From Macrostomum lignano (taxonomy: Eukaryota): a DNA stretch of 64,000 nt. Below are positions 25,701 through 39,979 of the stretch, piece by piece. A model generated the notes under the pieces. It was given only the letters and a program-made list of their open reading frames with translations, had not been told where the DNA came from and made no database searches. A program made the position numbers and the translations under genes. Positions within the stretch are counted from its first letter, which is position 1. Each line of letters opens with the position of its first letter. The stretch spans positions 1-64,000 of the forward strand of contig NIVC01000852.1 in the NCBI GenBank assembly GCA_002269645.1, read 5' to 3'.

Positions 25701-28700
25701 AATAGTCACTCTGTCGTTGGAGGGCAACCAAGATTAATATTTTACCGAGTCTCTGCCAGTCTGCCACTGCTTCACAGAATCTTGCTGCTGCTCCTGCTGC
25801 TATCTCTGCTTTGAGCTAGCCCGTTTATCAAAACTAATCAAACCAATGCTTCTTTCTCTCTCTTGTCGGACTGAGTTAACCCGGGTCTGAAGGCTAAAGA
25901 CCGAAGCTCATGTGTTGGCTTACTTGTAGTCGAGAGGGTGAAAATTTTTAGTTAACAGAAGAAGAACGAAAGAATGAGCTGATTAAAAATGGTGCTGTTT
26001 CTATAGATCTACACTAAGTTTGCAAGTTTTGGAAATGTTCGATTTTCCACCTAAGAGTAGAATACTATTACAATGTCAGTGTTTAAAAGTACATTGGCTA
26101 ACTAATTAGATGACGAGGCATTCCACCTTTAAAATCATTGTATAGTTACTCTCGCCTACTTACTGTACTAAACTAGTGTTAAGGGGTGGCGCGAGACAGG
26201 TTGGCGGTCAAAAATGAAGTTTTCCTGCACTGACCGAGTACAAATGACGCTATTATTTATTGATTTGAGCAAAGAAACCTATGAAACTAGGCTGCCCAGC
26301 AACGCCCACACACACAAATTTGCATTTCTAAAGCCAATTGTCAGCTTAGACCAAGGAAGAAAACTAGTGAGCAGGGAATAGGGAGAAGGAAATTTCTTTG
26401 CTACTAGTAGAAGAAAGAAGCATACTCCCACGAAAGGCGTCAGCTTGTGCACAGAAAAGTACAGACACCGTTGGAAATATGAGTATCTAGCTTATTAAAG
26501 CTGGCTGTCTAGAGAGGGGACGACTATATTTGCTTGAAATGTGCAGTAAAGTTTTCCTTTTTCAATCCGGTTTAAACCGGTTCCAGTCTGAATTGACAGC
26601 TCACCAGAGGTCCTTCATCGATGCTGGAGCCTTGCACAGACGAGCAAAAGTCCTCATCAACTTCTGAATAGTTCTCCCAGTGATGCCGCAGAAACTGAAG
26701 CAGCTTGTCCCGGGAGGTCACGTAGGAAAATACAGTCTGAATTTGGGGGTGGGCTAGCGGGTGTCATTGCTGATTAACTAGTCTGCATCCATTGGAAATC
26801 ACTCCTCTACCTCTCATTTGTCTCCTCTACCTCTCCTGTCTCCTCTACCTCGTCTCCTCTACCTCTCCTTTGTCTACCTCTCCCTCGTCTCCTCTACCTC
26901 TCCTGTCTCCTCTACCTTTCCTGTCTCCTCTACCTCTCCTGTCTCCTCTACCTTTCCTGTCTCCTCTACCTCTCCTGTCTCCTCTACCTTTCCTGTCTCC
27001 TCTACCTCTCCTGTCTCCTCTACCTTTCCTGTCTCCTCTACCTCTCCTGTCTCCTCTCCCTCGTCTCCTCTACCTCTCCTTTGTCTACCTCTCCCTCGTC
27101 TCCTCTACCTCTCCTGTCTCCTCTACCTTTCCTGTCTCCTCTACCTCTCCTGTCTCCTCTACCTTTCCTGTCTCCTCTACCTCTCCTGTCTCCTCTACCT
27201 TTCCTGTCTCCTCTACCTCTCCTGTCTCCTCTACCTTTCCTGTCTCCTCTACCTCTCCTGTCTCCTCTCCCTCGTCTCCTCTACCTCTCCTTTGTCTACC
27301 TCTCCCTCGTCTCCTCTACCTCTCCTGTCTCCTCTACCTTTCCTGTCTCCTCTACCTCTCCTGTCTCCTCTACCTTTCCTGTCTCCTCTACCTCTCCTGT
27401 CTCCTCTACCTTTCCTGTCTCCTCTACCTCTCCTGTCTCCTCTACCTCTCCTGTCTCCTCTACCTCTCCTGTCTCCTCTACCTCTTATTTGCCTCCTCTA
27501 CCTCTCCTTTGCCTCCTCCGCCTCCTCTACCTCGTCTCCTCTACCTCTCCTTTGTCGACCTCTCCCTCGTCTCCTCTACCTCTCCTGTCTCCTCTACCTC
27601 TCCTTTGTCGACCTCTCCCTCGTCTCCTCTACCTCTCCTGTCTCCTCTACCTCTCCTGTCTCCTCTACCTTTCCTGTCTCCTCTACCTCTCCTGTCTCCT
27701 CTCCCTCGTCTCCTCTACCTCTACCTCTCCTGTCTCCTCTACCTTTCCTGTCTCCTCTACCTCTCCTGTCTCCTCTACCTCGTCTCCTCTACCTCTCCTT
27801 TGTCTACCTCTCCCTCGTCTCCTCTACCTCTCCTGTCTCCTCTACCTCTCCTGTCTCCTCTACCTCTTATTTGCCTCCTCTACCTCTCCTTTGCCTCCTC
27901 CGCCTCCTCTACCTCGTCTCCTCTACCTCTCCTTTGTCGACCTCTCCCTCGTCTCCTCTACCTCTCCTGTCTCCTCTACCTTTCCTGTCTCCTCTACCTC
28001 TCCTGTCTCCTCTACCTCTTATTTGCCTCCTCTACCTCTCCTTTGCCTCCTCCGCCTCCTCTACCTCGTCTCCTCTACCTCTCCTTTGTCGACCTCTCCC
28101 TCGTCTCCTCTACCTTTCCTGTCTCCTCTACCTCTCCTGTCTCCTCTACCTCTCCTTTGTCGACCTCTCCCTCGTCTCCTCTACCTTTCCTGTCTCCTCT
28201 ACCTCGTCTCCTCTACCTCTCCTTTGCCTCCTCTCCCTCGTCTCCTCTACCTCTCCTGTCTCCTCTACCTTTCCTGTCTCCTCTACCTCTCCTGTCTCCT
28301 CTACCTCTCCTGTCTCCTCTACCTCTCCTGTCTCCTCTACCTCTTATTTGCCTCCTCTACCTCTCCTTTGCCTCCTCTCCCTCGTCTCCTCTACCTCTCC
28401 TTTGCCTCCTCTCCCTCGTCTCCTCTACCTCTCCTTTGCCTCCTCTCCCTCGTCTCCTCTACCTCTCCTGTCTCCTCTACCTCTCCTTTGCCTCCTCTAC
28501 CTGGTCTCATCTACCTCTCCCTCGTCTTCTATCTACTACTACTAAACGCACACACACAAGAAATGCATGTATTATGTAAAATACATTCAGCCGAACCTTC
28601 TCTTGCCGCTGCCGAGTGTGCACCCCGATTCCAGTTGGGAAGAATGCGTACACCTTCTCCTTGGACAGCTGTACCACATCGGCGAATCTAATTTTGATCT

Positions 28701-30824
28701 GTGCAATCGTATTTCAAACATGATGATAGTTAATATAATTGCAACAATGAGTTTTTAATTTGAAACATTATTAAACAAATGGATATGTATTTAGTATGCT
28801 AGTACTTACATTTCTCTTTAAACCAGGTATATTTGAATTAAAGCAGATATGGCGTTGTGTGACAGTCATGGTGCCTTGGATAAGAATTTCTGCCACTAGG
28901 AAACATGGAAATGCTGAAAAATATTGAAAAATATTAAGTTACTTTAAAAAGGGAAATGAATACATTTGTAGTAATTTTTTTAAAATTAGTTAAACTAAAT
29001 TAGTATTGCTTTATTCCTATGTTCTAGTTTTATAGTTTAATATTGAATATAGCATGTTGATTATAGATTATTGTTATTATTCAATTTCAAAGCTTTAAAT
29101 TTAAATACTTAAATTTCTATTTTTATTAGTCATACTCATAGAAACTTATCTTACTAAGCTCCTTAGGTTCTAGGCAAAGCCTGCAAAATATAAACTAGAA
29201 TTTACTACAATACAAGAAATAAGAAAAGAAAAATGTAAATCAATAAGTTACTTACACTTTAGAATCTTTTCGTTCAATGACAGACCAAACATACTGCAGA
29301 TTTTTTCTTCTTTGATCATCTTCTTTGTCGCCAGCTCCTGGCCGTTTTCGTTCCCGTTGGTTGCTTCGCTGGCTTCTTCTCTGCTATTCTCTAAGAGTTC
29401 GATTACTGCATCGTCATCTTCTAAGGTTTGCATAATCCTTATTTGATAGTGCCAAGCTTGTCTGGCACTGATTTTATATATACGCAGTGCAGTGTCTATT
29501 AATATTTAGCTTGGAGGCTAGGATAATTGGCCTCGAGTTACAACTGATAGCGATAGTTATTGTATAGTCTGCCAGTCAGGTGACTGAGCCTCCCCCGCCT
29601 TATTAAGTGGAGTGTCACAGGCGTGGCACCATTTATTTTAGTTCCTTGCGAATTCAATTGAAAAAAAGCCCCGACCGAAACTCTAGGCTTTGGGTCGGGA
29701 GGGCGCTTAGTAAGGCACATAAATGTCGTCCGATGTTGGCGTATTTTAACTTTGGCCTTGAAACCCACCCCAAACCCTCCATTGGGAGCTTTGCTGTATT
29801 TGTGAATTGCCCCCCCCCCCGCCTTGCACATGTGGACTAGGAGCGGACTGAACGGAAATCTTTCCGCGAACACCCCCGCCTCAATGTACAGCCAACACAA
29901 TTCATTCGGGCGTGCCCAACCCTCCCCGCGCAGTAACTTAGCAACGCGGGGGCAAACCTCGTCTTACCATTCTAAAAATAGCTCCGATAAGACCAGAATC
30001 ACGCCACTTTTTAATCTGAATGCCCAACGGTTGGGGTAGACCGGTATGGAGAGTAAGCTTTGTGCTAGGAAGTGCCAGAAAGTGCTAGGCAGTCTGCATA
30101 TTGGGATAGGCTTGCAGGGAGCAACAGGGTCATTTTTGCTCTCTCAAAATTCTGCTTCTGCATTCTGCTATATGACTATATCAGTGTTTGCACTGTAATT
30201 CTAGGCCTAGTTCTCCACTCCTTAATACCGATAGTCCGATACCTGAAGTTGTTCGTACCACGCAAGCCTGTAACAGGCCTCGGGTCGTGCCGGGCTGTTT
30301 GGTCTTTGACTGTTGACTCATTTAATTCGCGGATTGCTATAGAGTATTAAAAACTATTTGTTTCACCTGAATAGCGCTGCACCAGTCTAAACTGCACACT
30401 GTTATTTGTACAGCGTTGTCATTGACAATGCAGTGGCCATAAAAACAAATAAAAATTGTCCATTACTCATTTCTCATGCCATAAGCCCCATAACTGCGGT
30501 GAGAAGAAAGAGAGAAAAAACAATGCCTGTTATCAACTTGGCCTAGCTTTAATTGTGCATGTGTGATGTGTTTAGTCGATATTATCCTTGTCTGGCTAAG
30601 GCTACTACTGCCCCTTGCCATACAGAAGAATTTATATCCTTAAAGTGACAATACTCTGACTCACTAGAATCCGCAGGAGATAGAAACTGCGAACAGTTTG
30701 ATCCGGTGACAGATCCCGAGTCCAAAGAGCCAGGCAAACTGATAGTTCTGTGTCTCCGTTTTCGTCTGCCACTGCTGGGCGTACGGAAAATGCTTAAAAA
30801 ATTGCTGACCGGCATTTTAGACAT
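22774..30824 (-). CDS. GRAM-domain protein with C-terminal TM helix and coiled coil (GRAMD2B/GRAMD3-like), 461 aa, 10 exons
   Basis: Exons (-): 30824-30665, 30336-30243, 29467-29256, 28913-28810, 28698-28597, 26736-26605, 24695-24458, 23679-23562, 23190-23092, 22900-22774. All are GT-AG and phase-consistent (1386 nt). GRAM: FGLSLNEKILKSFPCFLVAEILIQGTMTVTQRHICFNSNIPG..IKIRFADVVQLSKEK..FPTGIGV..TVFSYVTSRDKLLQFL..W. TM plus tail: ALSVIAFFVLLCAIVIVYLSYRLNSLQQQL. The first two exons are less certain. Confidence 0.85.
23272..23523. repeat. ~25-bp minisatellite (GGTGGCAGCTGAAGGATCGGGGAGG) in a GRAM gene intron
   Basis: ~10 copies. Confidence 0.93.
23725..24370. repeat. Composite 51-bp minisatellite built from 7-18 bp GATTC-initiated subunits, in a GRAM gene intron
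   Basis: GATTCACAATCTTACTAT + GATTCTCAA + GATTCAC + GATTCTGT + GATTCTCAT = 51 bp; 42-bp variants lacking one subunit occur at the right. Confidence 0.93.
24808..25530. repeat. 21-bp minisatellite (GTTAATAGGAAGGCGCCATTT) in a GRAM gene intron
   Basis: ~34 copies, alternating CATTT/CAGTT variants, degenerate edges. Confidence 0.96.
26800..28530. repeat. Pyrimidine-rich 18-bp minisatellite (TCCTCTACCTCTCCTGTC) in a GRAM gene intron
   Basis: ~95 variant units with repeated higher-order blocks. Confidence 0.96.
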
Positions 30825-31271
30825 AATTACATGTATTGCACAGCAGTTTGTTAAGTCGACTCAATCGCAAAATCACTCCATCAGTTGTGATACTAATTTT
30901 TTATTCGTACAAGCAGCCAGCAACAAATCCCCAGCCAAATGACGCAGAACATGCACATTTACTTTGTACTTTACTCTAATCGCCCGCTGCCATAGACAGC
31001 GGGGTTACATATTCTCGATTTTCATTTGACGAAAATACGCAGCTTTCCTATTTCTACTACTATAAGTAGGAGTAAAAATAGTATTTTTCCCAAGAATTGA
31101 CATTTTCTAGTTTTTGTAATCAGAAGCGAAGTTAATTTAGTGACTAAGAGCTGGAAATCATTGATTAGGAAAAAATAATTAGACGTACTGGTCTGCTCGA
31201 TTCAGTAGTATATTTTTAACGTTAGACTAGGCGTTGGACTAATTATTACGTAATAATTAGGCCGAAGCAGG

Positions 31272-32677
31272 CTAAGCTCTGGGATCTCTATCCTCGCCAC
31301 TATTCAGCGGCATGTCGTACATGGTGCCATTATCGTCCATGCACAGTGCCACCTGCAGAGCCATGCGGTTGGCTCGCCAGCAGTCCGTTGTCAAATTGGA
31401 ATTCCTCAGGAAGTCGCGGATGTACGGATCCCAATAAGAGCGAACCTGATTGGCCGATTCAACTATCTGTACTACTCGAATTGGACCCAGGCTAAGTAGT
31501 ACAGGTCGCCCGGTGCGCGGACTAAGCCTCTGGCCGTAGTCATTAATCTCGTACTCCTGGTACAGGCCCAGGTTGTTGGCCAGGAACGTGAGCCAGTCGT
31601 AAGTCCTCTCGGACCGTATCGTCACGGTCAGGAAGTAGAGCAGCCCGGCTAGCAAGTCCTCAAGGCGCATTTGGACGCGATTCTGCGAGATGGGGGTTTC
31701 GACCGCATACTTTAGGTCTTATGATGGATTTTGCATTGTGATCGGGCCATTTCTTACTATTTTTACTTCCTGTTTTCTCAATCGGTTAAATTGGTCTCTT
31801 AAGTGGATAAACTGGTTTCTCAAGTGGATAAATTGGTGTCTCAAGTGGATAAACTGGTGTCTCATGTGGATAAACTGGTTTCTCAAGTGGATAAACTGGT
31901 TTCTCAAGTGGATAAACTGGTTTCTCAAATGGATAAACTGGTCTCTCAAGTGAATAAACTGGTTTCTCAAATGGATAAACTGGTCTCTCAAGTGGATAAA
32001 CTGGTCACTTAAGACTAGGTAGATAAACTGGTTTCTCAAGTGGATAAACTTGTCTCTCAAGTGGATAAACTGGTCACTTAAGACTAGGTGAATAAACTGG
32101 TTTTCAACTGGTTAAACTGGTCTTTTTGGTGGATAAACTGGTTTCTCAACTGGTTAAACTGGTCTTTTTAGTGGATAAACTGGTTTCTAAAATCGCTAGC
32201 TAGAGCAATAAAGAAAATGCTTTCACAAACTTTCCATTTCGTACTCACAAACAAGCTGTCCTCCTTCTGATACTGTTTGGTCAGAATGGTCACATCCTCG
32301 TCCATCTCCTGTTCGGTCCCAGTAGTGTCACTGGCTGCGCCGTCTTGCCGCTTCTCTCTGTCTTTTGCCGCCTGTCTCGACCTCCCCTGCTGAGCCCCCC
32401 GGCGTATCCGCATCATCTGCGTGTTGCGCTGGCGCTGGCGCTCCCTCTTGGCGTTCAGCAGCTTCTGCTTGTGCTGCTTGGCCATCTTGGTCGACTTTTG
32501 CTCGCGCCTCCTTTTCTCCTCGGATTTGGAACGCTTGGCATCTTTAGATTTGCTCGTTGGCTTCTTAGTCTTAGGCTTCTGTTTAGTTTTATTAGTTTTC
32601 ACCTTTGTGCGCTTCTGCTTGGGGCTTTGCTTTTTCGGCTTCTTTGAACGCTTGACGGGCTTCCGTTTCGAAGCCAT
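31272..32677 (-). CDS. Uncharacterised protein: Lys/Arg-rich N-terminal exon plus a globular C-terminal exon with a possible RIIa-type docking-like helix pair; in-frame TAA at 31721-31719 or an alternative acceptor
   Basis: Exon 1 is 32677-32249 (143 codons, GTGAGT donor, phase 0). The CAG acceptor gives an exon from 31769, in frame with the 31670-31272 ORF but with one TAA. A weak AAG acceptor (exon from 31709) bypasses the stop. The downstream ORF has GC-rich, coding-like codons. Confidence 0.6.
31785..32188. repeat. 21-bp minisatellite (GTGGATAAACTGGTTTCTCAA), intronic
   Basis: ~18 copies. Confidence 0.95.
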
Positions 32678-33167
32678 GTTGGCAGCCACTTTCTTTGGCC
32701 ACTTGATGCAGGCTGTATGAAGTGGCTCGGGATGCTTTCAGAACGGAATTGAATCGGGAGCTATTAGTGCTTTCTTGTATACTTTCTTAACCATAGACTA
32801 ATGAGTCTGGCTTCACAGTAGATCTGATGGTCACATGCATGGAGGCTTGGATTAAGGAAAAAATGACGATCTTCTTGCTATAGATATTTCCTTTAGACAT
32901 AATAGAACTGGCAAACGCCGTATCAGCATAAGTGCTTGAAATAACCCCCCCCTACAGTGCTAATAAAAATGTGCTAATTTAAGAGGTCCTCGATTAAGGG
33001 GATCTGGTTGTAAGTTCCACATGTTTACTGGTTTAGCATTCCATCCTTGGGGTGAACAAGGCAGACGCGCAGACACACAGTCGACGGAAAGACTGAGAGC
33101 CATTTTAATCATTACATGGAGATGGTCACTATTTAATCGCCATCTGATATCCAGGAGTGTGTGTAAA

Positions 33168-33388
<221 letters not shown>

Positions 33389-34277
33389 ACCTCAAGTATA
33401 GGCTGTGCAGTGTGTACTCACCGGAGCAGTGGTAAATAAAATAGGAATACTAAATTCCAGCATATATTGCGCATTAAACATATTTCGTCCAGATGTCCCG
33501 CTATTATTTGTGCCCTTCAGCTCCGTTTTCTACTGTTGGTTTACAGTTGGCACAGCAGTCGGCAGAGTTGTTGAAGTCAAGCAAAGAAAGCAAGCTTAAA
33601 AATCGGTGCAGAAGAGGTTGGCATAAATTTTCTCGGGCACCAAAATAGCCCAGACAAGCTGAGATGGAAATACTGTTATTTATAGCTGGCGGCTCTGGGG
33701 AGTTCAGGAAATATTCGGAATGAAGTTGAGCAAGGAACTGGGAACTGTATGCGTGTTGAATTAGACGATGGAGTTGATAAAAAGATTTGGCAGGAAGGCC
33801 TATGCTCAAGACTCCCCGAGTGCACGCATTCTTTGAGAATTGGATTTGTGCTCAAAAAGCCAGACTAACATGCCACAGTGAACTTCTTGGCAAGTAGACA
33901 TTTTCCGTTATTTATATAGAGTCAAATCAGAATTAAAAAAGAAGAAAACGCAAATTTAACAACTTCAAAGCAAAGCAGCTTTCCTTTCAAAGAGACACGC
34001 CAGTTTAATTAAAGCTGCTAAATTTAATTCTGATTCTGGGAGAAACTCAATATTCTTTTGTTGCTTTTCTATTCAACCGAAAGCAATTATTTTTTCGCGA
34101 TTGAAAATATCGGAATGAACGAAAAAAGGAAGGAGGAGGGACTAAATTTACATGTTTGTACATTTATCAGTAGCCTGTAGCATGAGAAACTGTTATTGTG
34201 TATAAAATCAAATCAATATTCACATCAAAAGCATGTAATACAGCTGTCAGGAACTTTCACTTTCAACTTTGCCATTT

Positions 34278-35128
34278 AATCACCCTCATTGTGTCATTTA
34301 ATGACCCTGATTGTGTCATCTAATGACTCTCATTGTGTCATCTAATGACTCACATTGTGTCATCTAATGAGTCACATTGTGTCATCTAATGGCTCTCATT
34401 ATGTCATCTAATGACTCACATTGTGTCATCTAATGACTCACATTGTGTCATCTAATGGCTCACATTGTGTCATCTAATGGCTCTCATTATGTCATCTAAT
34501 GACTCTCATTGTGTCATCTAATGACTCACATTGTGTCATCTAATGGCTCACATTGTGTCATCTAATGACTCACATTGTGTCATCTAATGACTCACATTGT
34601 GTAATCTAATGACTCACATTGTGTAATCTAATGACTCACATTGTGTCATCTAATGGCTCACATTGTGTCATCTAATGGCTCTCATTATGTCATCTAATGA
34701 CTCTCATTGTGTCATCTAATGACTCACATTGTGTCATCTAATGGCTCACATTGTGTCATCTAATGACTCACATTGTGTCATCTAATGACTCACATTGTGT
34801 AATCTAATGACTCACATTGTGTAATCTAATGACTCACATTGTGTCATCTAATGGCTCACATTGTGTCATCTAATGGCTCTCATTATGTCATCTAATGACT
34901 CTCATTGTGTCATCTAATGGCTTACATTGTGTCATTTAATGACTCACATTGTGTAATCTAATGACTCACATTGTGTAATCTAATGACTCACATTGTGTAA
35001 TCTAATGACTCACATTGTGTAATCTAATGACTCACATTGTGTCATCTAATGACTCACATTGTGTCATCTAATGGCTCTCATTATGTCATCTAATGACTCT
35101 CATTGTGCCATATAATGACTCTCATTGT
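34278..35128. repeat. 22-bp quasi-palindromic minisatellite (CTAATGACTCACATTGTGTCAT)
   Basis: ~38 copies, some multi-unit blocks repeated. Confidence 0.96.
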
Positions 35129-35552
35129 GGCACTATTCATTATGAATTCGAACCGTAACCAAAATAAGTGAATATCGAATGAAATTTTTCATAACAAATT
35201 AATTTAAACGTTCATGTAGAAACAGGTTCACGGAGACCTGCTGCTCAGTTGTTAAGTACATGAAATCAGAAAACTAGGAGGACAAAAAACATTGTGCAGT
35301 AGAAAGCCAAGAGAACTGACGCACAGGGCGAAAAATCTGCAGGCGTTCTATGGTTCCCAGACTGCTGCACTTTGTGCGCTTGTGGCTGAGTCCGAGGTTC
35401 CCCAAGCATCCAGCACTATGTAAGTCCAGCTGTATGCGTGGCACATGGGTGCTGAATTGACCGCTAGCCTCTGAAATTAAATGGCAGTGAAGAGAGTCAT
35501 GTAATAAAATATCATGCTCTGAGGTGCTCATGTTTCTTGTGTCAATCCCGGC

Positions 35553-36497
<945 letters not shown>

Positions 36498-37447
36498 AGC
36501 AATTTCCCCATGCATTGGCACGCAGGCGGCACTGATACGGCACTTGCAGTTTAGCATTTAGACTGCATGCACGCAGAGAGCAACAGCAGTAAGCTCAGTT
36601 GAGTTGCTCAGAAGAGGAAAGATCACCTGGCGTGACCCGATTGTAATTTCTATGCAAAATATTCAGCACCCAGAAGACTAAGCGGAGCTTCCCCAATCGA
36701 TTAGTTTGCTGCACCGAATGGCTGGCCTTCCTCTCCCTTTGATCCTTTGATCGAAGTTTCTCTTGGTTTCGAAATCTGTCTCTGGGCGTAGTTTTTGCCC
36801 TTTTAATTTAGAGGAGTCGCATCACTCTGCGCCTTCTAAGCCAGTTGACAGATCACCTACTGAATTCTCATGCTATTAATTATCAGTTTCTGAGTGCTCA
36901 CATGATGTCTACCCTCACATCGATCCGTCATGTACCGGCTAGATAAGTAAGGCATCGTATTCATCAGTCGTCAGTACATAACGCCGCATATTTTCCGACA
37001 ATTTGCTTCATCAAGTTCGGAAAGCTCAACCTAGCGGAAATTGTTAATCAAACTCTGCCTTCTCTGCTGCATCAAGCCTGATGTACTTATGCCTACAGCA
37101 CTTAGGTACAGGTGCACTGGTGCCCTTGTGTCCAGGCAGTACATTATTGGCTGAACCAGCTTCTATAGGCATTGCATGCTGTGAGTTGCAAGTAGTTTTA
37201 AAGTTTTAAAGCAAAATTTTCTCCTGCAAACAAAAGGGCAAACATCCGGCGGCAACGGCAACATCAGCGGCAACGGAAAGGAAATTAGGCAAAGCCACCG
37301 TGCATTGCACTGATTAACAGGCGGATAAGTGACTGTAGCTTGCAGACAGCCTGCTGCTAAGGGTTTGAATTTATCTTTTAGTATTCTTTTTTAGTCACTA
37401 TTGCCTGTCTGGCGGCTTCATCAACGCTTAGCAACTAGATGGGTTCA

Positions 37448-37780
<333 letters not shown>

Positions 37781-38169
37781 CATTTTCTTGGGTGATGGAT
37801 AATCTCGGATTGACTTGAGTCTGAGCTGTATGAACTTAAGCCGGATTATATTGGCCAATTTCCTCTTGGCTCAGTCTTCAAGTGACGAAATACGAGTGCA
37901 GCAGCACCCAACAGTCAGTCAGTCAGTCAAGGCGCCACGTTCACAATAGTTTCGTTTATTAGGCGCACCTAGAAATGCAATAAATCAGGCCCTGCACGCA
38001 GGCTAATTCAATTACGAGCTGTCAGCTGTCACCCGCAACAACAGCTTGTTTGTTCTGGGAACTGGCGCACGCGAGTGAATGGGACATTTGCTTTGATAAT
38101 TCGAAAAAACGCGATATTGTCATCAAACAGGATGCCAAAACTTCCGCAAAATCCGAGTGCCCCTGGCGT

Positions 38170-38342
38170 CCTTTGTGTCACTGGTACTCCTTTGTGTCAC
38201 TGGTACTCCTTTGTGTCACTGGTACTCTTTTGTGTCACTGGTACTCCTTTGTATCACTGGTACTCCTTTGTGTCACTGGTACTCCTTTGTGTCACTGGTA
38301 CTCCTTTGTGTAACTGGTACTCCTTTGTGTCACTGGTACTCC
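38170..38342. repeat. 20-bp minisatellite (TGTGTCACTGGTACTCCTTT)
   Basis: ~9 copies. Confidence 0.93.
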
Positions 38343-38613
38343 CTGATTTCCCCGAGGTCCCTTGTGTCTCTAAACTCCGAAAGTTTTAAGACATCTCACT
38401 CACTAGTAGAAATCACATCGGCTGCAACTCGAACTGCTCAACACAGCCTTCTTCTCTCGCTTGAGGTGACCTTGGCGGCGGTGGCAAGCACAGTTGCAGC
38501 TGCTTCCGCTGCGCCTCTTGACCAGACAAACAGCTGCGAGTCAAACTTTCGGGGCTCCTCGGATGCCTGGAATGAAAAATGTTACGGAAAAACTCCACAG
38601 TGAGATTCTGCAG

Positions 38614-39979
38614 TCAATCGTAGATAGCCCCTAGTTCTAACTCAGTAACTAAGGTAGAACATGCCAATTCATACCTGGCCGAAAGCAGATGGTGATTGCT
38701 GGAGCACGGCACCAAGTGCTGGGCCGCCGAGTCTCGAGTTCGTCGCCGGCCGAGCATCGCCACCGCCAGCGTGCGCGATGATCGACGCCTGATTGCGCGC
38801 AGACGGCACGCATACACCAGTGGGTTGAATAGTGTGTACGTTACCATGACAACTTCGAAGTATTCGCTCAGATGTTCGTTCGTCATAATTTGAGCCTCGG
38901 ATCTGTTCACAAACACCATCATGTTTGTTTTCAGCACGAGCGCAAAGTAAGGCAGGAAGAGCGCATAGAACAGCAGCAGCAGACCGACGGAAGTGGCCAC
39001 GCCGCGTACATTTTGGCGAGCCGCTGTCGCTATTGAAGTCGGAGCCTGGCCGGGTGCCGACGCCGCTAGGCGACAAATCGTGAGCACGATGCGCGAATAG
39101 CAGAATGTCACGATGCAACACGAGACGAGGAACACGGCCAGAATAACCTGCAAGTTGTAGAAGTCTGCGCTCAGATGACAGACGCAGCAAAACCGATCCA
39201 TCAGATCCGGCTTGAAGCGACAGTAGTAATATATAATCGGCGATTCCTGCTGCTCAGTTGTCAAATTAAGGGGTGGCAGACTGGCCGTGACGGCTGCATG
39301 ATAGGCTATTGGTAAAACCGTCAGACCGATGCAGATTGCCCAGCTGACAAGCAGCAGCCTTGTCAGGCACCGGACAAAAAACGCGCTTTGATAGGACAGA
39401 GCTCGGATGACGAAAATGTACAGGTCAATAGCAATCAGAGTCAGCGCCATCAGGGTCAGAGCGTGCGAGCTGTACAGACTCTGGCTGGTGAAGCAACGGA
39501 AGCAGTTGTAGCCAGCCATCGGCCTGAAGCCTTTGTACGGTTTGTTGGTCAGCGACGAAGGTGTAGGAGGCAGAAGTGGCCGCAGAGGCGAATGAAGCAG
39601 GGCGTATGACGAAGGCAAAGATGGGAGCCACGGCCGGCCAGTAGTTGTGCTGTTTAGGTCCGGAAAAAAACTCTTAGGTGGCGAGGGAAGTCTCGGTGCC
39701 GAAGTTTCTACGCCCTGCGCTTTCAGTACCAAATCTGTGACCACCAACACCGCGGTGATGACGTCAGTGAGTAGCAGGTGCCGAATCAGCGTCAAGTTGT
39801 AGCCTCTGCCCGAGTCTCCAGATGAAGAGGCGGTTCGCAAGTTTCTCAGTACGAAGAAAATCCAAATGTTGAGCACAACGCTGGCACTGCAGATCGCAAT
39901 GCCGACGGAGCACAGAGCTGGCATTGTCTGCAGAACATCCCGCATACTGTAGTTGAAGGTTGGCGAGATCGATTCCACG
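38614..39979 (-). CDS. Rhodopsin-family (class A) GPCR, orphan; coding region apparently in one exon
   Basis: Seven hydrophobic helices with family motifs: TM1 VVLN, TM2 HLLLTD, TM3 IAIDLY (DRY variant), TM4 SW..P, TM5 FCYSRI, TM6 LFLPY, TM7 FNPLVY. First ATG at 39945. A TAG acceptor with a CTAAC branch lies just 5' of 39979, implying an upstream exon or leader. Confidence 0.9.

Noticed and set aside
25416-25900. Hydrophobic ORF (VYYALVGALFLAVGLLLQF) inside a GRAM intron as an alternative TM exon
   Set aside because: I could not find phase-compatible splice sites giving an open product; it runs into the 21-bp array.
31719-31721. TAA read as Tyr via the alternative flatworm mitochondrial code
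   Set aside because: This is nuclear, intron-containing DNA, and TAA terminates nothing unusual elsewhere; reassignment is unsupported.
33650-33870. ILLFIAGGSG, resembling an FNR-family NAD-binding motif
   Set aside because: Followed by a stop within a few codons, with no splice donor or other FNR motifs.
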